The notes beneath the pieces are model-generated. The model saw only the letters and a list, made by a program, of their open reading frames with translations. It had not been told where the DNA came from and searched no databases. Below are positions 63,816 through 64,000 of a DNA stretch of 64,000 nt, one piece after another. This DNA comes from Clostridia bacterium (GTDB lineage Bacteria; Bacillota; Clostridia; TANB77; CAG-508). Location of the stretch: assembly GCA_022797145.1 (NCBI GenBank), contig JAAWKA010000001.1, positions 125,745 through 189,744 of the forward strand, read 5' to 3'. The translations under genes and the position numbers were made by a program. Every line of letters starts with the position of its first letter. Position 1 is the first letter of the stretch.

Positions 63816-64000
63816 TACGAATTTCTCCTTTCTTTTGCGAACATTTGTATTGTATCATGTTTCTTAATAACATTCAATGTTTTTAGCAAAATTTGTAAAA
63901 TTTTATTGATACTACAGATAAATTATATTATAATAATTTTACATTAATTGTTGCACACTTATAAAGTGTGGAGTTTGTTTCATCTTTTATAAAGATGCTT

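Noticed and set aside
63950-64000. Two small hairpins (CACACTT-ATA-AAGTGTG; CATCTTT-TAT-AAAGATG) at the window edge. The first has superficial similarity to the ACACT/AGTGT core of the 19-mer repeats.
   Set aside because: The half-site spacing differs (5 nt versus 1 nt between ACACT and AGTGT). The context is cut by the window end, so this could simply be the terminator of an unseen upstream gene.

Overview
Very AT-rich, low-GC Firmicutes (Clostridia-like) chromosomal segment. Almost every credible gene lies on the minus strand; most plus-strand ORFs in the track are F/L/S/I-rich antisense artefacts. Positions 1-53.9 kb are mainly housekeeping. They hold clpP (5' tip), tig, eno, tRNA-Gln and a GGGtGRT/NifU-like pair. 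A gap-pgk-tpiA-gpmI glycolytic operon carries two embedded accessory genes. Next come the hrcA-grpE-dnaK-dnaJ operon with its CIRCE operator, then hemW, whiA, prmC, a frameshifted addA with no addB, a CDF transporter, and the ctsR-mcsA-mcsB-clpC operon with its CtsR operator. After these are a frameshifted MacB/FtsX-type ABC system, an SPFH/Tim44-like zinc-ribbon pair, murI, T-box-controlled pheST, a candidate 6S RNA, uppP and a TPR membrane protein. There are two accessory regions. (i) 37.8-42.3 kb holds pilin-like LamG-domain proteins: one full-length gene followed by a 5'-truncated paralogue. (ii) From about 54.0 kb to the window end is a mobile or defence-type island. It contains a 5.3-kb module bracketed by diverged direct repeats of about 190-205 bp. 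That module carries a large serine recombinase with an in-frame stop inside a perfect palindrome, a NUDIX/PHP/HD/HIT-like phosphohydrolase cassette, and a phased array of six palindromic repeats followed by a strong terminator. Next to it is a RhuM-family gene plus a 1066-aa Mrr-like-nuclease/TPR ORF with no NTPase motif. That two-gene operon is my best candidate for an undescribed defence-type system. I found no CRISPR array and no rRNA. All family assignments come from motif recognition by eye, not from searches.
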